Shown here in pieces: positions 40,290 through 53,028 of a stretch of 64,000 bases of DNA. The translations under genes were made by a program, and so were the position numbers. Position 1 is the first letter of the stretch, and each line of letters begins with the position of its first letter. This DNA comes from Marsupella aquatica. Its lineage: Eukaryota > Plantae > Marchantiophyta. Below the pieces are notes generated by a model. It searched no databases, had not been told where the DNA came from, and saw nothing but the letters and a program-made list of their open reading frames with translations. The stretch is taken from assembly GCA_973895155.1 (NCBI GenBank), contig OZ316896.1:9073539-9137538 (forward strand), read 5' to 3'.

Positions 40290-40440
40290 TCTATATATAT
40301 TAAATAATATTTTATAAACATGAGTTTATAATAATTTTTTTTGCCTCCTACATTTTTTAAAAATTTAATTAATTCCTATCAAAGAATACATAGTTTGGAT
40401 TGCACGTGTTCCTAAGATTTTTGATAGTCAACCCTCCGAG
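40290..40440 (-). mobile_element. Partial inverted copy of the CTCGGGGG-terminus MITE family
   Basis: The reverse complement ctcggagggttgactatcaaaaatcttaggaacacgtgcaatccaaa... matches the starts of the 41344 and 43534 elements. The far end is not clearly defined. Confidence 0.7.
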
Positions 40441-41343
40441 TGTAAGCCTATGCACCATAGCTAAGAGGCGAAAGTTGTGTGTTCCGTTTCTCACATGATG
40501 ATTGCACATTTGCATTGGGATGAGATCATTTTTGAAGCTGTGAACTAAGGTTTTGGTCCAAGTCCTCTACCAATTTTTCTTCCGGTAGGAAAGTGTGGAG
40601 CGTTACCGTGTGAACTCCCCAACCATATAGCTTATTTGGATATTTTATGTTTTCAACTCAGACATCCACGCAAGTTTGCAATAGACCGACAGGATCGTGC
40701 TCAAGGACCGGAATGGGCGACGTCCTTGTTTTGACGACAATAAAGTATAGATGTTTGAGCATTTCCCTAGCCCTATACAGACCAAAATTAAAGATGATTT
40801 TAAGTGCAGAAAACAATGCACTTCACAAGAGTTTGGAAGACTCATTAGTAGTTTTCTTACTAACAACAGGAGAATGAAATAGGGTGGACTGAATACATCT
40901 ACAACCTCCTGGAAAGCCCCGAGTTTTTGACACATTGAGACAGTTGTGGAAAGATAAGCTCAATATACTTCACTTCCCAAGTAGGTTTTGAAAACATAAT
41001 AATTTGCAAATACATAGTTTTGAGTTTGGATTGAATTTGTTTTTAGCACAATAATATCTCCGAGCCTGGCAATATTGCGATTTGTCAGGAGCAAATTGCG
41101 GAGCGGGGGGAGTTGTTGTGGTCATGCTCGTACGGCTTGGTGTGGTGCAGGGGGTTATCAATTGAGATTGCACTCGTGTGGGACAGTGGAAAGTGGGAGA
41201 ATAATCCAACGCTTGTTGGCCGAGGTACTGACTTGGAAACAGGGCTTGAGAAAAGATTTGGACAATGCTGGTTGCTGGCCAAGTCTGAGCGGATCATCCG
41301 GATCTTTGGGTCTTTGGTTTTCCTCATTAACTGTTATTTGCTC

Positions 41344-41625
41344 CTCGGGGGGTTTACTATAAAAAAATCTTAGGAATCACGGGCGATCCAAAATATGTAT
41401 TTTTGATAAAAAATAACTAAATTTTTTAAGTGTAGGAGGGCAAAAGAATGTATTATAAACTCATGTTTATAGAATATTTTCTAATATATACCTTTTATAA
41501 AGTAAAGTAGGTTATTAATATTGAAAATAAAGAATATATATTCTTGAAATTAATTTTTTATAAAATAGGTCTATTTATGTTAGGTTAGGATCGCACCCAA
41601 ATATACACTTAGTTAACCCCCCAAG
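41344..41625. mobile_element. ~280-bp MITE with an 8-bp TSD
   Basis: Termini ctcggggggtttacta ... tagttaaccccccaag; flanks atttgctc and gtttgctt (6/8 match). Homologous along its length to 43534-43819. Confidence 0.8.
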
Positions 41626-41713
41626 GTTTGCTTATTTGCACTCTTATGAACACTTGCCTATAGTGAATGATCTTTGGCTCATGAGTACCAGTGTGTTATT
41701 TTATTGTAGGACC

Positions 41714-42316
41714 ATGGCAGATAAACAGCAAGATTTTGATGTTATCACTGCATCTTTAGATGGGAGCTTGGAAAGTGTGACCCAAGTCCTCAATCATCTT
41801 AAAGAGTTGGCAGGTGAGTTGAAACTGCTGAGAAATGTATCTGCTCTTGACATTGGGCTGCAATTGCAAGCCATACAACAAACACAGCTGAAAATGATGA
41901 GACAATTGAGGTCAATTCAACGAACATGGGTGACTACATAGGTGATGGTCATGGCTCCCAACAAAAACAATATTGCCCGATTTGGAATTTCAACATTGTT
42001 CGACCCAAATGGATTATTGCAACCCATGTACTGTGTAAATACAGACATGGTGGGGTTTGAGTTAGATGAACTTCTTCCCCAGTTTCCCACCACACCAGAA
42101 GACTTGGCTATGAAAGATGGTATGCTTTTCTAACTCAAAATAATTTTGTGGTTTTGAATATGTTTTTATATTACTGTTGGATTGATGCCTAAACCAGGTC
42201 AAATTTGTCGGCAAAATTTTGAGACCCTCAGGCTTCCTAACCCACCATGATGAATTTCACTAAGACAAATAAGAATGAGTGTCGGCAAATGTATCGGGGT
42301 ACCCACTACGTACTAA
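41714..42316 (+). pseudogene. Two-exon coiled-coil plus Mug135-like C-terminal domain gene, disrupted by nonsense codons
   Basis: Exon 1 41714-42119 and exon 2 42198-42316 are separated by a GT-AG intron that preserves the frame. A heptad-rich N-terminus is followed by NNIARFG....NGLLQPM.......LLPQFPTTPEDLAMKDGQICRQNFETLRLP...LRQIRMSVGKCIGV. In-frame TAG at 41939 and TGA TGA at ~42248. Confidence 0.55.
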
Positions 42317-43533
42317 GAATTTTCCATCAACAAAATGAAGTTGATTTAATGTGAGGTGATGAGTGTCGTGGAAAGATTACTTTTCAGTTTGATGGTGACT
42401 AGTACCTAAAGCATTTGAATTGATTTTCATGCTTTGTCAAATCCGGGTCAATGGTACTTCATTCATCCACTTTGAGTTGAGTATACTGGAAAGATTACTT
42501 TTCAGTTGGATGGTGACTAGCACCCAAAGCATTTGAACTGATTTCCATGCTTTGGCAAATCCGGGTCAATGATAATTCATCCGCGTCTAGTTGTGCCTCG
42601 CGTAAACTTTGGGCTTTCAATAGATGCCTGTGGGATTTTTTCACATATCTGAGCTTCGTGAGTACTTTTGCCCCTAGTTTGCTTGGTCATCAAAATTTGT
42701 TTTCTTCAATTGGGGCTGGTATGTCGCTAGCATAGGCTTGGTTGAAGGCTTATTCAAAGCTCGTCCTCTTTGAATCCTCTTGTGATGATCAGCAAAATGA
42801 TTTGATTTCCTTCGCCCTACAACTGCATGGTGTGGCTACCACGACCTCTTGACTTCTCCTGATATTGCTTTGTTCTCCTACCAAATGGGATGATTTCTTT
42901 GCCAACAGAAGTTTCTTAAGTTTTGACCGTACTTTGGCCATAGTTTTTCTCCCTACATCCTTTGGAAATTTATGTGATTAGTTTGAGGCAATCTTCTGTA
43001 GCGGTACTTTCTTATTTGATATTCTTTGTTTTAACAACATATCTTTGTCTCTAAGGATTGTCTAGAATCCTCATCTTGTCAAACAATCACAAAGTTGGTA
43101 TCCATTCAATACCTAAAGCACAGCAAAGGCAACTGTGACCAATAGATTTCATGGACGGGTATGAACAGAACTCAACAGGCAGTAGGTAGATCTCAAAGAC
43201 ACGTCACAGGTCTCCATTAGGAATCACAAGCTTACATTCTATTTTGGAATCAATGATCGATTCAGCGATAAAAAAGCCTCTTGATCTTGTTCCAACCGGC
43301 GCCTAGAATGAAAAACATTGACAATTAGGTGTCTTTTGCTTGTAATCATCCTATCAGCAGAAAAATATGGACTTGGAAAGGATCAATTACATCGATTGGT
43401 AGACTAACATGAAAATCAATAATGCACCTAGCATTGACAATTACATGGGTTAATATACTGATAATCTAGGAAAGACTTTTTATTTTCAAAGAACTGACAG
43501 AGTTTTTTTTGTGAAACAATGAACATTACAATC

Positions 43534-43819
43534 TTTGGGGGGTTGACTATCAAAAATCTTAGGAACCACGTGTAATCCAAAATAAATATTTTTGATATAA
43601 ATTAACTAAATTTTTAAAAAGCATAGGAGAAAAAAAGAGGTAAATATATCAACTCATGTTTATAGAATATTCTATAATATGTACCTTTTACAAAATAGAA
43701 TAGGCCATTAATATTAAAAATAAATAATTTCTTAGAATATCTTTATAAAATATGTCTATTTATATTAGGCTCGAATCTTATGTGGTACCCCAACATATAC
43801 ACTTGGTTAACCTCCCAAG
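43534..43819. mobile_element. ~285-bp MITE with a perfect 8-bp TSD
   Basis: TTACAATC|tttggggggttgacta ... tggttaacctcccaag|TTACAATC. Confidence 0.85.
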
Positions 43820-44943
43820 TTACAATCACAGTGAGTTTGACATTCTAAGGAAAGCCTGAGTTGCAACAACTCAATGAGAGGAAAACATTGAAGTGTCTCG
43901 TGAGCTAATCAATTGATTTTTGTTTTTCTTGGTGGGTAGATTTAAGGAGTTATTTCTCAAAGTGTTTTGTCATTGACATTCTTCCCTGCAAGCCATTGCT
44001 GATTAGGGCAATCGCATGCACTTCCATCTGTTCATATGAAATCAAACAAAACTACTAGACCAAAGGAAAGGTAGTCAGAATGGCTCTCACCAGACTTCTG
44101 GAACTCTTGAAGAGTTCTCTCTCCATCATCTTGGCATTTGTCCTAATTTCTTGTAACTTATAAATTGGCTTCTCTCAAACTTTTGCCTTGATTCTACGTG
44201 ATTCATTGCCAGTTCCATCAACTCTTGTAGTGTTGAGAAATGTCACATATGAATGCAATATGAATGCAAACTAAAAGAATCTTCAAATCTGTACGCAATA
44301 TTGGGAATCTTGACACATATAGTGGGAAGACAAGTCAATTTGCCAAAGTTTGCGGGAAAGTTTGTGGACCAATTCTCAATACAATCAAAGAAAATCTGAG
44401 TAAGATATCATCCAGGACCATGTTCCAATACAAAATTTTCAGGGGAATGACAAAATCCAATGTACAGTTGATCTCAATGTCTTTTTCTGATATGTTTGCC
44501 TATGTGTCGTTGCTAGCTTACACAATAATCATACTGCCTCAGACCACTTTCCCACTCAGCTTGCTGCTGACTGATTGACTTTCCATGTGGACCCTCTTGA
44601 ATTTTCTTCCAATCCTTTTCTTTCCTCAACCTTTCCTGCTCCTCGGCTATGATTGACAAGTAATCGCTTTTATGCATTTCTAGCCAGCATTTAGGGTCCT
44701 CTATCTTTTTCCCAAAACTTGGGAATTGACCTTTGGTCTCTTACATGAGGTTGTCTTCCCCTCATCCAAAGACGGTACATTGTGGCAGTATATGATGGTG
44801 GCAATGTCAGGATCATAGTAATGTGCAGATGAGTGATGCGACATTGAAGATGGCACCGCTCGCTCAGCGGAGTGTCTTGTCCAAATTTTCCCATTTGCAC
44901 TGGAAAAGTTAGAAGGTGTGAGATTATATTTTTGCAGTGAGAT

Positions 44944-45228
44944 CTCGGGGGTCTCACTATATGGGGACCTCCCCATCACCTGCAACATTTTTAGGCCTCG
45001 GACCCCCTAAAATGTAATTTTTTTTTTAAAAACATTTAACCCCTATAAAGTTGAGAATATTCCAAAAATTGGATTAAAAAGACCCTAATGTTCTTATAAG
45101 TCTCAAAATTGAATTTAAAAGACCCTATTCTTCTGCAAAAATTTGTATGTCTTCTTTTAGAACCAATAAAACGATCCTATCCTTTGTTGCACGTGATATG
45201 CCATTTTTGTGGAAGTGAAACCCCCGAG
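44944..45228. mobile_element. 285-bp MITE with a 15-bp TIR and a perfect 8-bp TSD
   Basis: AGTGAGAT|ctcgggggtctcact ... agtgaaacccccgag|AGTGAGAT. Confidence 0.9.
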
Positions 45229-48200
45229 AGTGAGATCTCATGGAATTAGATTTTGAGCAAGTCAATCCCCTGGGCCCTCACTTCGGGTAAAAGAAGTGAA
45301 CCCCTTGTAATCGGGACCCCTTCCCTCTTACTCCTTGTTATTTCCATTTTTCTATTAAAAGTTCACTTGTTACCAGTAATAATTATAATTGTTAGTTACG
45401 GACCCCACTAGAGGTTCCTTCCAAAATTCCTGGCACCACAGCGTGCCACGTCAGCAACAACCACAACAAACAAGAATGGTCATGTTTGTGCAACGAATAA
45501 ACTCCTCTCCATCTTGTTTACGTCGCTTTTCGTGTAATTTTATGGACGTCGTGCCGTCAAAACATAATGTAAAAATAATTAAAAGTAGTTCATCCAAATC
45601 TATTGATACAAAGGGCGAGATTAAAAACATTCACCCATATTCTCTTTACTTAAATTTATAAATGTTTTTTTATAAAAGTAAATAGTGTTCAACGTAAACA
45701 GTAACCGTATTCCTGTGTAACTGCCGAAATAAAACCGTCTAAACAAAAGAAGCACATCAACATTTCGAAAGGGAGGAAGGATTTTGATGAAAGTAATGAA
45801 AAGAGGAAAGCTCGAAAGGAGTTTCGCCTCTTGAAGTGCAAAGTAAAGAGGAATGCTGGAGAAACAAAATCAAAAAAGATCAGAAGCCGAATGAAGAAAG
45901 CAAAAATGAGAACTGATCGAGGACAGAAAAGAGGCGCAGCACATCTTAATCAGAAACAAATAGATCGAGCAGAAAGAAGGAGAAGCAAAGAGAATCGATA
46001 AGGACATTGACAAGATCGATAAGGACTGATCGACCTCAACTACTCTAGCAGATCACTGAAGCTCAATGTAGTAGTCCACTACAATCCATCCCGCCCCCAA
46101 TCCACACTGCAAGGAGCGCACCTCCGCGCCACAACCTTTGTACGCGCTCTCGTTGTTGATTTTGATTGTACGCGTTCTCGTTGTTGATTTTGATTGTTGA
46201 TTTTGATCGAAGCTGCCCCATCAAAGATTGTTAACAAACAAACGATCGAATCAGGAAGAGAACGACTGCGATTTGAACCAAAAGAGGCCATGGCGAAGTG
46301 AAAGCGATACAAAAGGGCAAGATACAAAAGGAAGAGATACAAAAGGGCGAGAGAGACTAACACAACACCCCGATGATCCAGAGAACAACAAAAAATTGAA
46401 AGAGTAAATTCCGTCTGCATACGACAATGCTTGCTAGTTGCTACCCAGGCTGGATCATGATTGATTGATTGCTGCCCCAGTTGCTACGCGACTAGCAACA
46501 AATGCAGGACAGAACTCTAATCTAGCCATACACAACAGGAGAGGACAGTAGCCATGCACGACAGGGGAGGTAATTGCTTACGCATGGCATGGCCTGGTGA
46601 CGCATTTTAGCAGTAGATTCACCTTTGTGAAGCTTTTTGTGTAAGTTGGAGTTACCTCTCGGCAGCGTGTTGGTGGCTCTTAACTTTACTGCGCCCTGAG
46701 ATTTCCCACCATGTTTTTCCAGATAGATTTTTTTGTTCGAGTGGGCCATACACGATCGGGGCAGAGAAGAGCTGTAAGGCAGCGACCTGAGCAGAAGAAA
46801 AAGGCAAAAGCAGATCGATCGAACAAGGTCAACTTTCTTATGAGCACCTCCTTGTCAAACACACTGAGTAATTAATTGTCATTCTCGGGCGAGAACTGTA
46901 AACATGTGGAGTCGAGTTAGGAACGGATTTGTCCTCAGCATGGAGTCAGTGCTCAATAATAGACTCTTCGCCCTTGGGGACTGTAATATCATGTGCTTTC
47001 AGGAATTGAAGTCAGCAACATACACTTTCGAAGTCATTTATAGCCAAACTTGCTGACGACGTCCACTTGGCAATTGCAATGCTGTCCCTAAACTGGCACC
47101 TCAAAATTATGTTCAGTGTCAAGTAGTTTGGTCAAGACTTGCACCAAAGCGCCTATGATTAGGGCATTCACCATTTTTTCCTTCACGAGCAAGGAAACTA
47201 ACTTATACTATACATTAAATAGCTACATTTGAAATGCCTCCATGTATTGAGATTCTATAGTCTCGAACTTAGCGAACTATCCACTTTTCAATCTCAATCG
47301 AATAAAAACAGGTGGGGGTCCACGAACTAATTTCAAATGAATAAAATCCACCCTTTGAGTGTTCACACGTCCTCCCATATTAGTTAACACTGAGGGCTCC
47401 TATTACATGCTCAATTACAATTCTCCAATTACTCTACTGAGGGCTCCTATTACATGCTCAATTACTACATGTCTCCTATTACATCAATCATCATTTACAA
47501 GAACACTCAAGCATTCCATTTTCTTTGGGTGCTTCGGAAGCATCATGAGGGAGAGCACACAAGGTTACACCCACATTGCAAGCTTTGTCTGCAGTAAGGG
47601 GCTCTTTGTTAACAAACCAAGGGCATCCTACAGTCTCTCCTGCTTTTTGTGGGTGCGCATTAGGCAAAGAGAGCATTTTGGCCTGTGGATGATACTGAGG
47701 CAGTGCAGAGTATATAGTAATGTTCTGCCCAACAACGAGAGGTTCAGCTCAATTTGAGGGGCTGTTATTGCCCATAATGGTCAGGAAACAAGACCTTAAT
47801 ACACTTAGGCCCAAGAGATTTTTGTTTTCAGTTCCAGCAAAGGCCCGATAGATTTTTGTTTTTAGTGAAAACCTTCAGTTAGGCCTTCAAACTTACCCTG
47901 ATCCATCAGTATGCACAAACAGTCCAGGGCATTCACAATTTTGTTTCCTCTCTCACCTAAATGAAACAATTAGGCGGGCTTAAAAGAGTGGGGAGTAAGA
48001 GTATATCTAGACATGTAAGGGGGCAAATGTACCTTCCCTTATGACTGCCCTTAAGGTCGCTTACTCAGCAATTGCAGTCCTTGGAAAATCATTTATTGCA
48101 TTGGACTGTCCATTGCCCGTCTACTGCCCGCAACAACTAAAGGATTACCCTTGTTTGTCTGATTATGAGGAGCTCTGCCTGAACCCCACTTTTGGGTGGA

Positions 48201-49623
48201 GTTGGTAGAAAACAATTGCACCTTGAGGGGGTTTTAAACCCTGTACCTCCGTCTCCCCGTGCAGATGCTCTACCCCCCCCCCCCCCCCTCTTGGCCACAA
48301 CAGGGTAGGAGGTGGAAAAAGGGTTCAAAGGTCAGGTACCCTTACCCACTCCATGGAACCTTGCTCTTACTTCTTCTCCGTACAGCATGTTCATTCTATT
48401 GCTTTATGATTTTAACTTATTCAGAAAGTACTATATAAAACTGTTTCATGTTAGCAAATTAAAATTATTGAAAAATCATTTGATCATTTGATATGAACTA
48501 ATGCAAATGAAATTTTTATGTAAAGTTTGAGGGGAGAATCAGATTGCAACAGTGTTTCAAACTGTGCACGCTCATGAAGGAGGCTCGGGCGTCTCAAACT
48601 ATATGCGCACACGAAGGAGGCTTGGGCTAGGGCTCGGACTAACAAGGGCAAAACATAATATCATGACCAATATTTCCAGCTTCATCGTATAGCACATTGG
48701 TAGTTGTCTTGGTTTGGGAGTGAGAGATCAACAAATCCATCCCTTCACTCAACAAGATTCTTTTAACAGATTATGTAACGGGATTCAATAACTGACAAAG
48801 TTGCAAGGTGCCAAGAAAGAAATGATAGAAACATAAATGGGGGGTTATATTAATTTTAAACTGGAAAATGGCAAAGAAGATCTTGATAGGCTAAAATTAA
48901 AGTTTAAATGTCCAGAGAAGCATGGCTGTGCAGTAGCTCACTTGAGCTGAGACTCATAGTTCTAGAGTTCAAATATTGTGACTAATTGTTCCCTTTCTGT
49001 GAGGTTTGCTTCATAATTTTTATAAATTAAAGTTTAAATAATAACCCTAAACTGACTGTTCATTTTCTATGGGTTTTCACAAATTTCCCCTTAAAAAATT
49101 AAAATTAAAATGTATATTAAATAATAACCCCCCCAAAATGAGCTCAGGGGACCCAATGAGAGATAGCCATATAGCAGCATCCATACCCTCTACCTCTTCC
49201 AGTTTGCCAATAAGTAGGGTTTAAGTTTCTGGATCTCTTGTTTTTCTTCTGCTGGGCTTTTGCCTGGGCTTTTTGCCTGGGTCCTTCCGGTTTTTTTGCC
49301 CTTTTGGTTGTGTTCCCTTGATTGGGTCTTTTGCCAAACGAATCATGTCTCTCCCCATTGGGTGCCCTTTGTTTTTTTGCCATTTTGATTCATAATCTAG
49401 TCATTACAAATCACCTCTAGAGACGTTCGTTCCCTTCGCATTTTGCCCTTCCTTAAACCCCTCGAGGGTTTAACACCTGTGACGAATTCCGAGGATGGGC
49501 AATTCGAAGCGATGCTCATTTCGAATGCTAGCAACTGGTTCAAATGTGTTGTTCTCGTCTCCTCTGTTCTGATCGGTCCCTCATCGTTGCATTCAGCAAG
49601 CGCGCCCCGCACATGCTCCCACA

Positions 49624-52600
49624 ATGAGCCGACGACAAGAACTCTGCCGGGACTTTCAGCGTGGCAAGTAAGGCTGCCAGTTTCTGCAGAGTCAATCATC
49701 TATGTTTTTTTTATTCGTGCGATGTTATGTCGTGTGGTAAGGTTTCGCTGTTGAGAATTTTGAGTCTGTCGATCTACTCAATTTGACCTCCGTTCTCCGT
49801 TCATTTCCCGCTTTAGATAACTTTTGGGGGTTTCTGGTCCCTTGACTCTGTCTGGTGCAGCTGTCGATATGGCTCACGTTGTAAATTTCTACACGAGCTC
49901 CCGCAGCAGCAGCAGCAGCAGCAGCAAAAGCCTCAACAACAGCAAAGATACAATCAGCAAAGGGTTAGTGTCTCGTTTTGATGCCTGATCTGCATCGGCA
50001 GGTTGTTGCTAGATAGTCTTGGAGAGGAAATTTGAATGTGCATGATGGCGGTTAAGAATCTTTCGGAAGAGAGGACGAGGTAGCTGAATTGAGTTTTATG
50101 TTGCTGCACTTCACAAGAAGGTGAACGACCTGTAGGGTGGTACGCCACAGTATTAGACAGTATGACTGTGAGACTCAAAATAGTGTAATTTGAATATTGT
50201 AGAACCAGTTTGGAAGCGGAGGGAATTACTACAATGTCCTGGGAAGTAATTCCAACAATTCAAACCAGAGACAACCTCCGACTCAGAATAATGTATCCAA
50301 GGAGCACAGGTGAGTAACTCGGTCTACTGTGCTGAAGGTCTGGCCGATTTCTGTGATTGCCGTAGTGGACATTTGTTGACTTGCGTCCAGAACTTGACCG
50401 GCAGGCATGACTGTAGACAATTCGACTGTTAGATCGTTTATGAAGCGTAGGAAATGCGTTGCGGAAATATTGTCTCAATGATTATACACTTACGAAGGCG
50501 CTACTGATTTTGATCCCGTGGTGTGTGGCAGGTGCAACGATCCTCGGATTTGCAAGGAGCAGATCAAGGAAGATATGACAAATGAGCATCCTGTCTTTTG
50601 GAGGCTGACAAGCTATGCACATTACAAATTGTAAGCGTCTTACTTGGTGAAAGGGTCTGTTCTTATCGGGGTAGAGATTATGTTCGGATACTATGAAAAC
50701 TTAGGTCATGTTTGGAGAGTCATTGCTATGATATGACAGCAGGAGCCACTAAACTGTCTTCTCAAACATGGACATGTTGTTAGGCTCGAATCTCAACCTA
50801 TCAGTGCCTTCTTATCTTTCTGGCTGACGCGAATGTAATAGGGGGTGATGGAATGAACCATGACCTTTTGTTCTGGTCTGAGAGAAGATGTATTGCACTA
50901 GTAGCTGATTGAGCGTTTTTTCCCTGTACTTTCATGTCGTGAAAAAGATTTTGAAAGGCATATTTTGGCAGCCTGCCCAATGACATTGTGGGAGATGTGA
51001 GTCCTGAGGAACTGCGAGCACTAGCATACGAAGGAGCCAAGCAAGGTCTCTCTCTTCACAATGTGGTGAGTTCTTTATCCTTGTATTACAGTATTACAGA
51101 GACTATGTACCGCAAAGTTAAAATTTTCATATTCCAGGCTGGATATTGCTTTCTTCTTTGAATCGACTACTGGATGTCGCCTGGACTGAAGTTGGGTAAT
51201 ATTTTTTTAATGCTTTTGAATCATATGGCACTCTAATAAATTTTCGCTTTCCCTTCAAGTTTTAATTTCTAAACCTCTTCCTTTGTGGTGCAGCCATACG
51301 TTAGAGTCACCCTGTTTTGTGCTCTCCTTTGGGCACTCTAGAGTAGACCAAACTTCATCTTCCCGCAGTAGATCAGCAGTTTTTACAATGTATCATATTC
51401 CATCTCGCATCTCACCAAAATTGTTTCTTTCTGATCATACTGATGATATTGGGAACCACTTCTAAGTGATCGGTACTCAACAAAATAAGCTTTCGTATCC
51501 ATGCAGGTTCAACGGGAAAAATCAATGATGTCAGCTAAGAATGCCGAGTTTGAAGCTTTGTTGAGAAATCCTTACAAGGGTCCAGCTCAAAATTCTCAAG
51601 GATTCCAGCCCAGCTCCTTCACGTCATCTCCCTTTCTGAGTCCTCTTGGGAAACCTAGTAGTTTCACGCCTTTCGGACAGCCAGCAAATATATCTACAGC
51701 TGGACCACCTCCGGTTTTCTCGCAGAGTCCATTTGGAGGGGCTCCAACAACACCTTTCAGTTTTGGCCAACCCAGGTATTGTCTTTATTTTTAACCAGTT
51801 ATTCTAACTACTAGATGCACTGCTGCGTTGTCTAAGGTTAGCCTGTTCTCATTCTAGCCGTTTTTCAGTGGAGATGCTCAGTTTGATAAGCAAGCACCAA
51901 CGTTATCAAGTGGAAGTCCAAGCCCATTTGGACAGCAGACAAATATCTTCCAGCAGAGTCCCTTTGGAGGCGCTGCATCAGCTATACCGCAAAGTCCTTT
52001 TGGAGGCACCGTATCACCGGTACCACACAGTCCTTTTGGCGGCACTGTATCAGCAGGAACACAAAGTCCCTTTCCTAATTTGCAAGGTAACTAATCACAT
52101 CGTTGGTAGGTTTCCTGATCTTATCGTGTGTAACAGGAAAGTTTTCATACTGAATGAAGATTTACTTTGCAGTTCATGAACGGATTTGGTCACATGACAT
52201 CCTTCCATACAATGTAGGGATGGATCTCGGCAAACCTCCAGTTCTCTGTTCTCCTTTCCTGGTACCATGGCCGGTGCAGCTGCAGTGGAAGTACGAAACT
52301 CAATTTGTGCAAGTTCCTTTCGGGTCCCACATTCAGTCAAATTTCAATGCTGAAGTCTTTGCAATGGAATGACCTTATTTGGTTCTCTGGTCATTCTATG
52401 TGCAGGACCCAGCATGGTATCGAACCCGAATGCGTTTCATGCACCATTGGTCTCTACCTTGGGCTCTCCAGCAGGTTTTCAAACTCCGAGTACAAGTCCA
52501 CTGCTGAAGACACCATCACCTGTCTCTCAAACGTAAGGTTTTAATTTAACGACTGAACTCAAAGGACTCGCGAGCATGAAAATATTTTCTTGTAATTCAT

Positions 52601-53028
52601 ATACGTCCACATCGAATTGCAGTTTATACCATTTTGGCTGTTTTGCCGAAGGATGTGACAGTGAGGTGGTGTTGTGTCTGAGAGCCAGGAATGATTTGGT
52701 CTGTATATATTTTGTAACCAATATGTGAAAAGGTAGGTTAAAGTTGGTGAGCTGACTTCTGACGCAACTTATGTGTGTTTCAGGTCGCCAAGCACACCAC
52801 TGCAAGTTGCTGCCTTGAACACTCAGGACAATGCAATTTGGCTCAAAGATGTTTGGAAGATTGGCGAGGTACATATCCTAAACATATTTGAGGCCCTTGT
52901 TTGAAGTTCTTCAAAGTATGTGGAGAAAAACTTCCGTTGGGTGTTGGAAAGAAGAGGTTTCTTTTCTCTTATTGACCGTCTTTGTACAGATTCCAGAAGG
53001 GGAGCCACCTCCTGAAGCGCGTTTCTGA
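49624..53028 (+). CDS. NUP42: CCCH zinc-finger FG-repeat nucleoporin (NUP42/CG1/NUPL2 family), ~10 exons
   Basis: Exons ~49624-49667, 49861-49963, 50203-50309, 50532-50630, 50972-51065, 51507-51775, 51869-52086, 52406-52532, 52784-52868 and 52990-53028. N-terminal CCCH finger CRDFQRGNCRYGSRCKFLH, polyQ, CKEQIKEDMTNEHP.FWRLTSYAH, DIVGDVSPEELRALAY, several SPFGG/FG repeats, and C-terminal IWLKDVWKIGEIPEGEPP (Gle1-binding-type motif). Confidence 0.9.

Noticed and set aside
52172-52311. Apparent extra NUP42 exon
   Set aside because: The flanking exons (ending 52086 and starting 52406) already join in phase, and no clean in-phase acceptor/donor pair was found for this segment.
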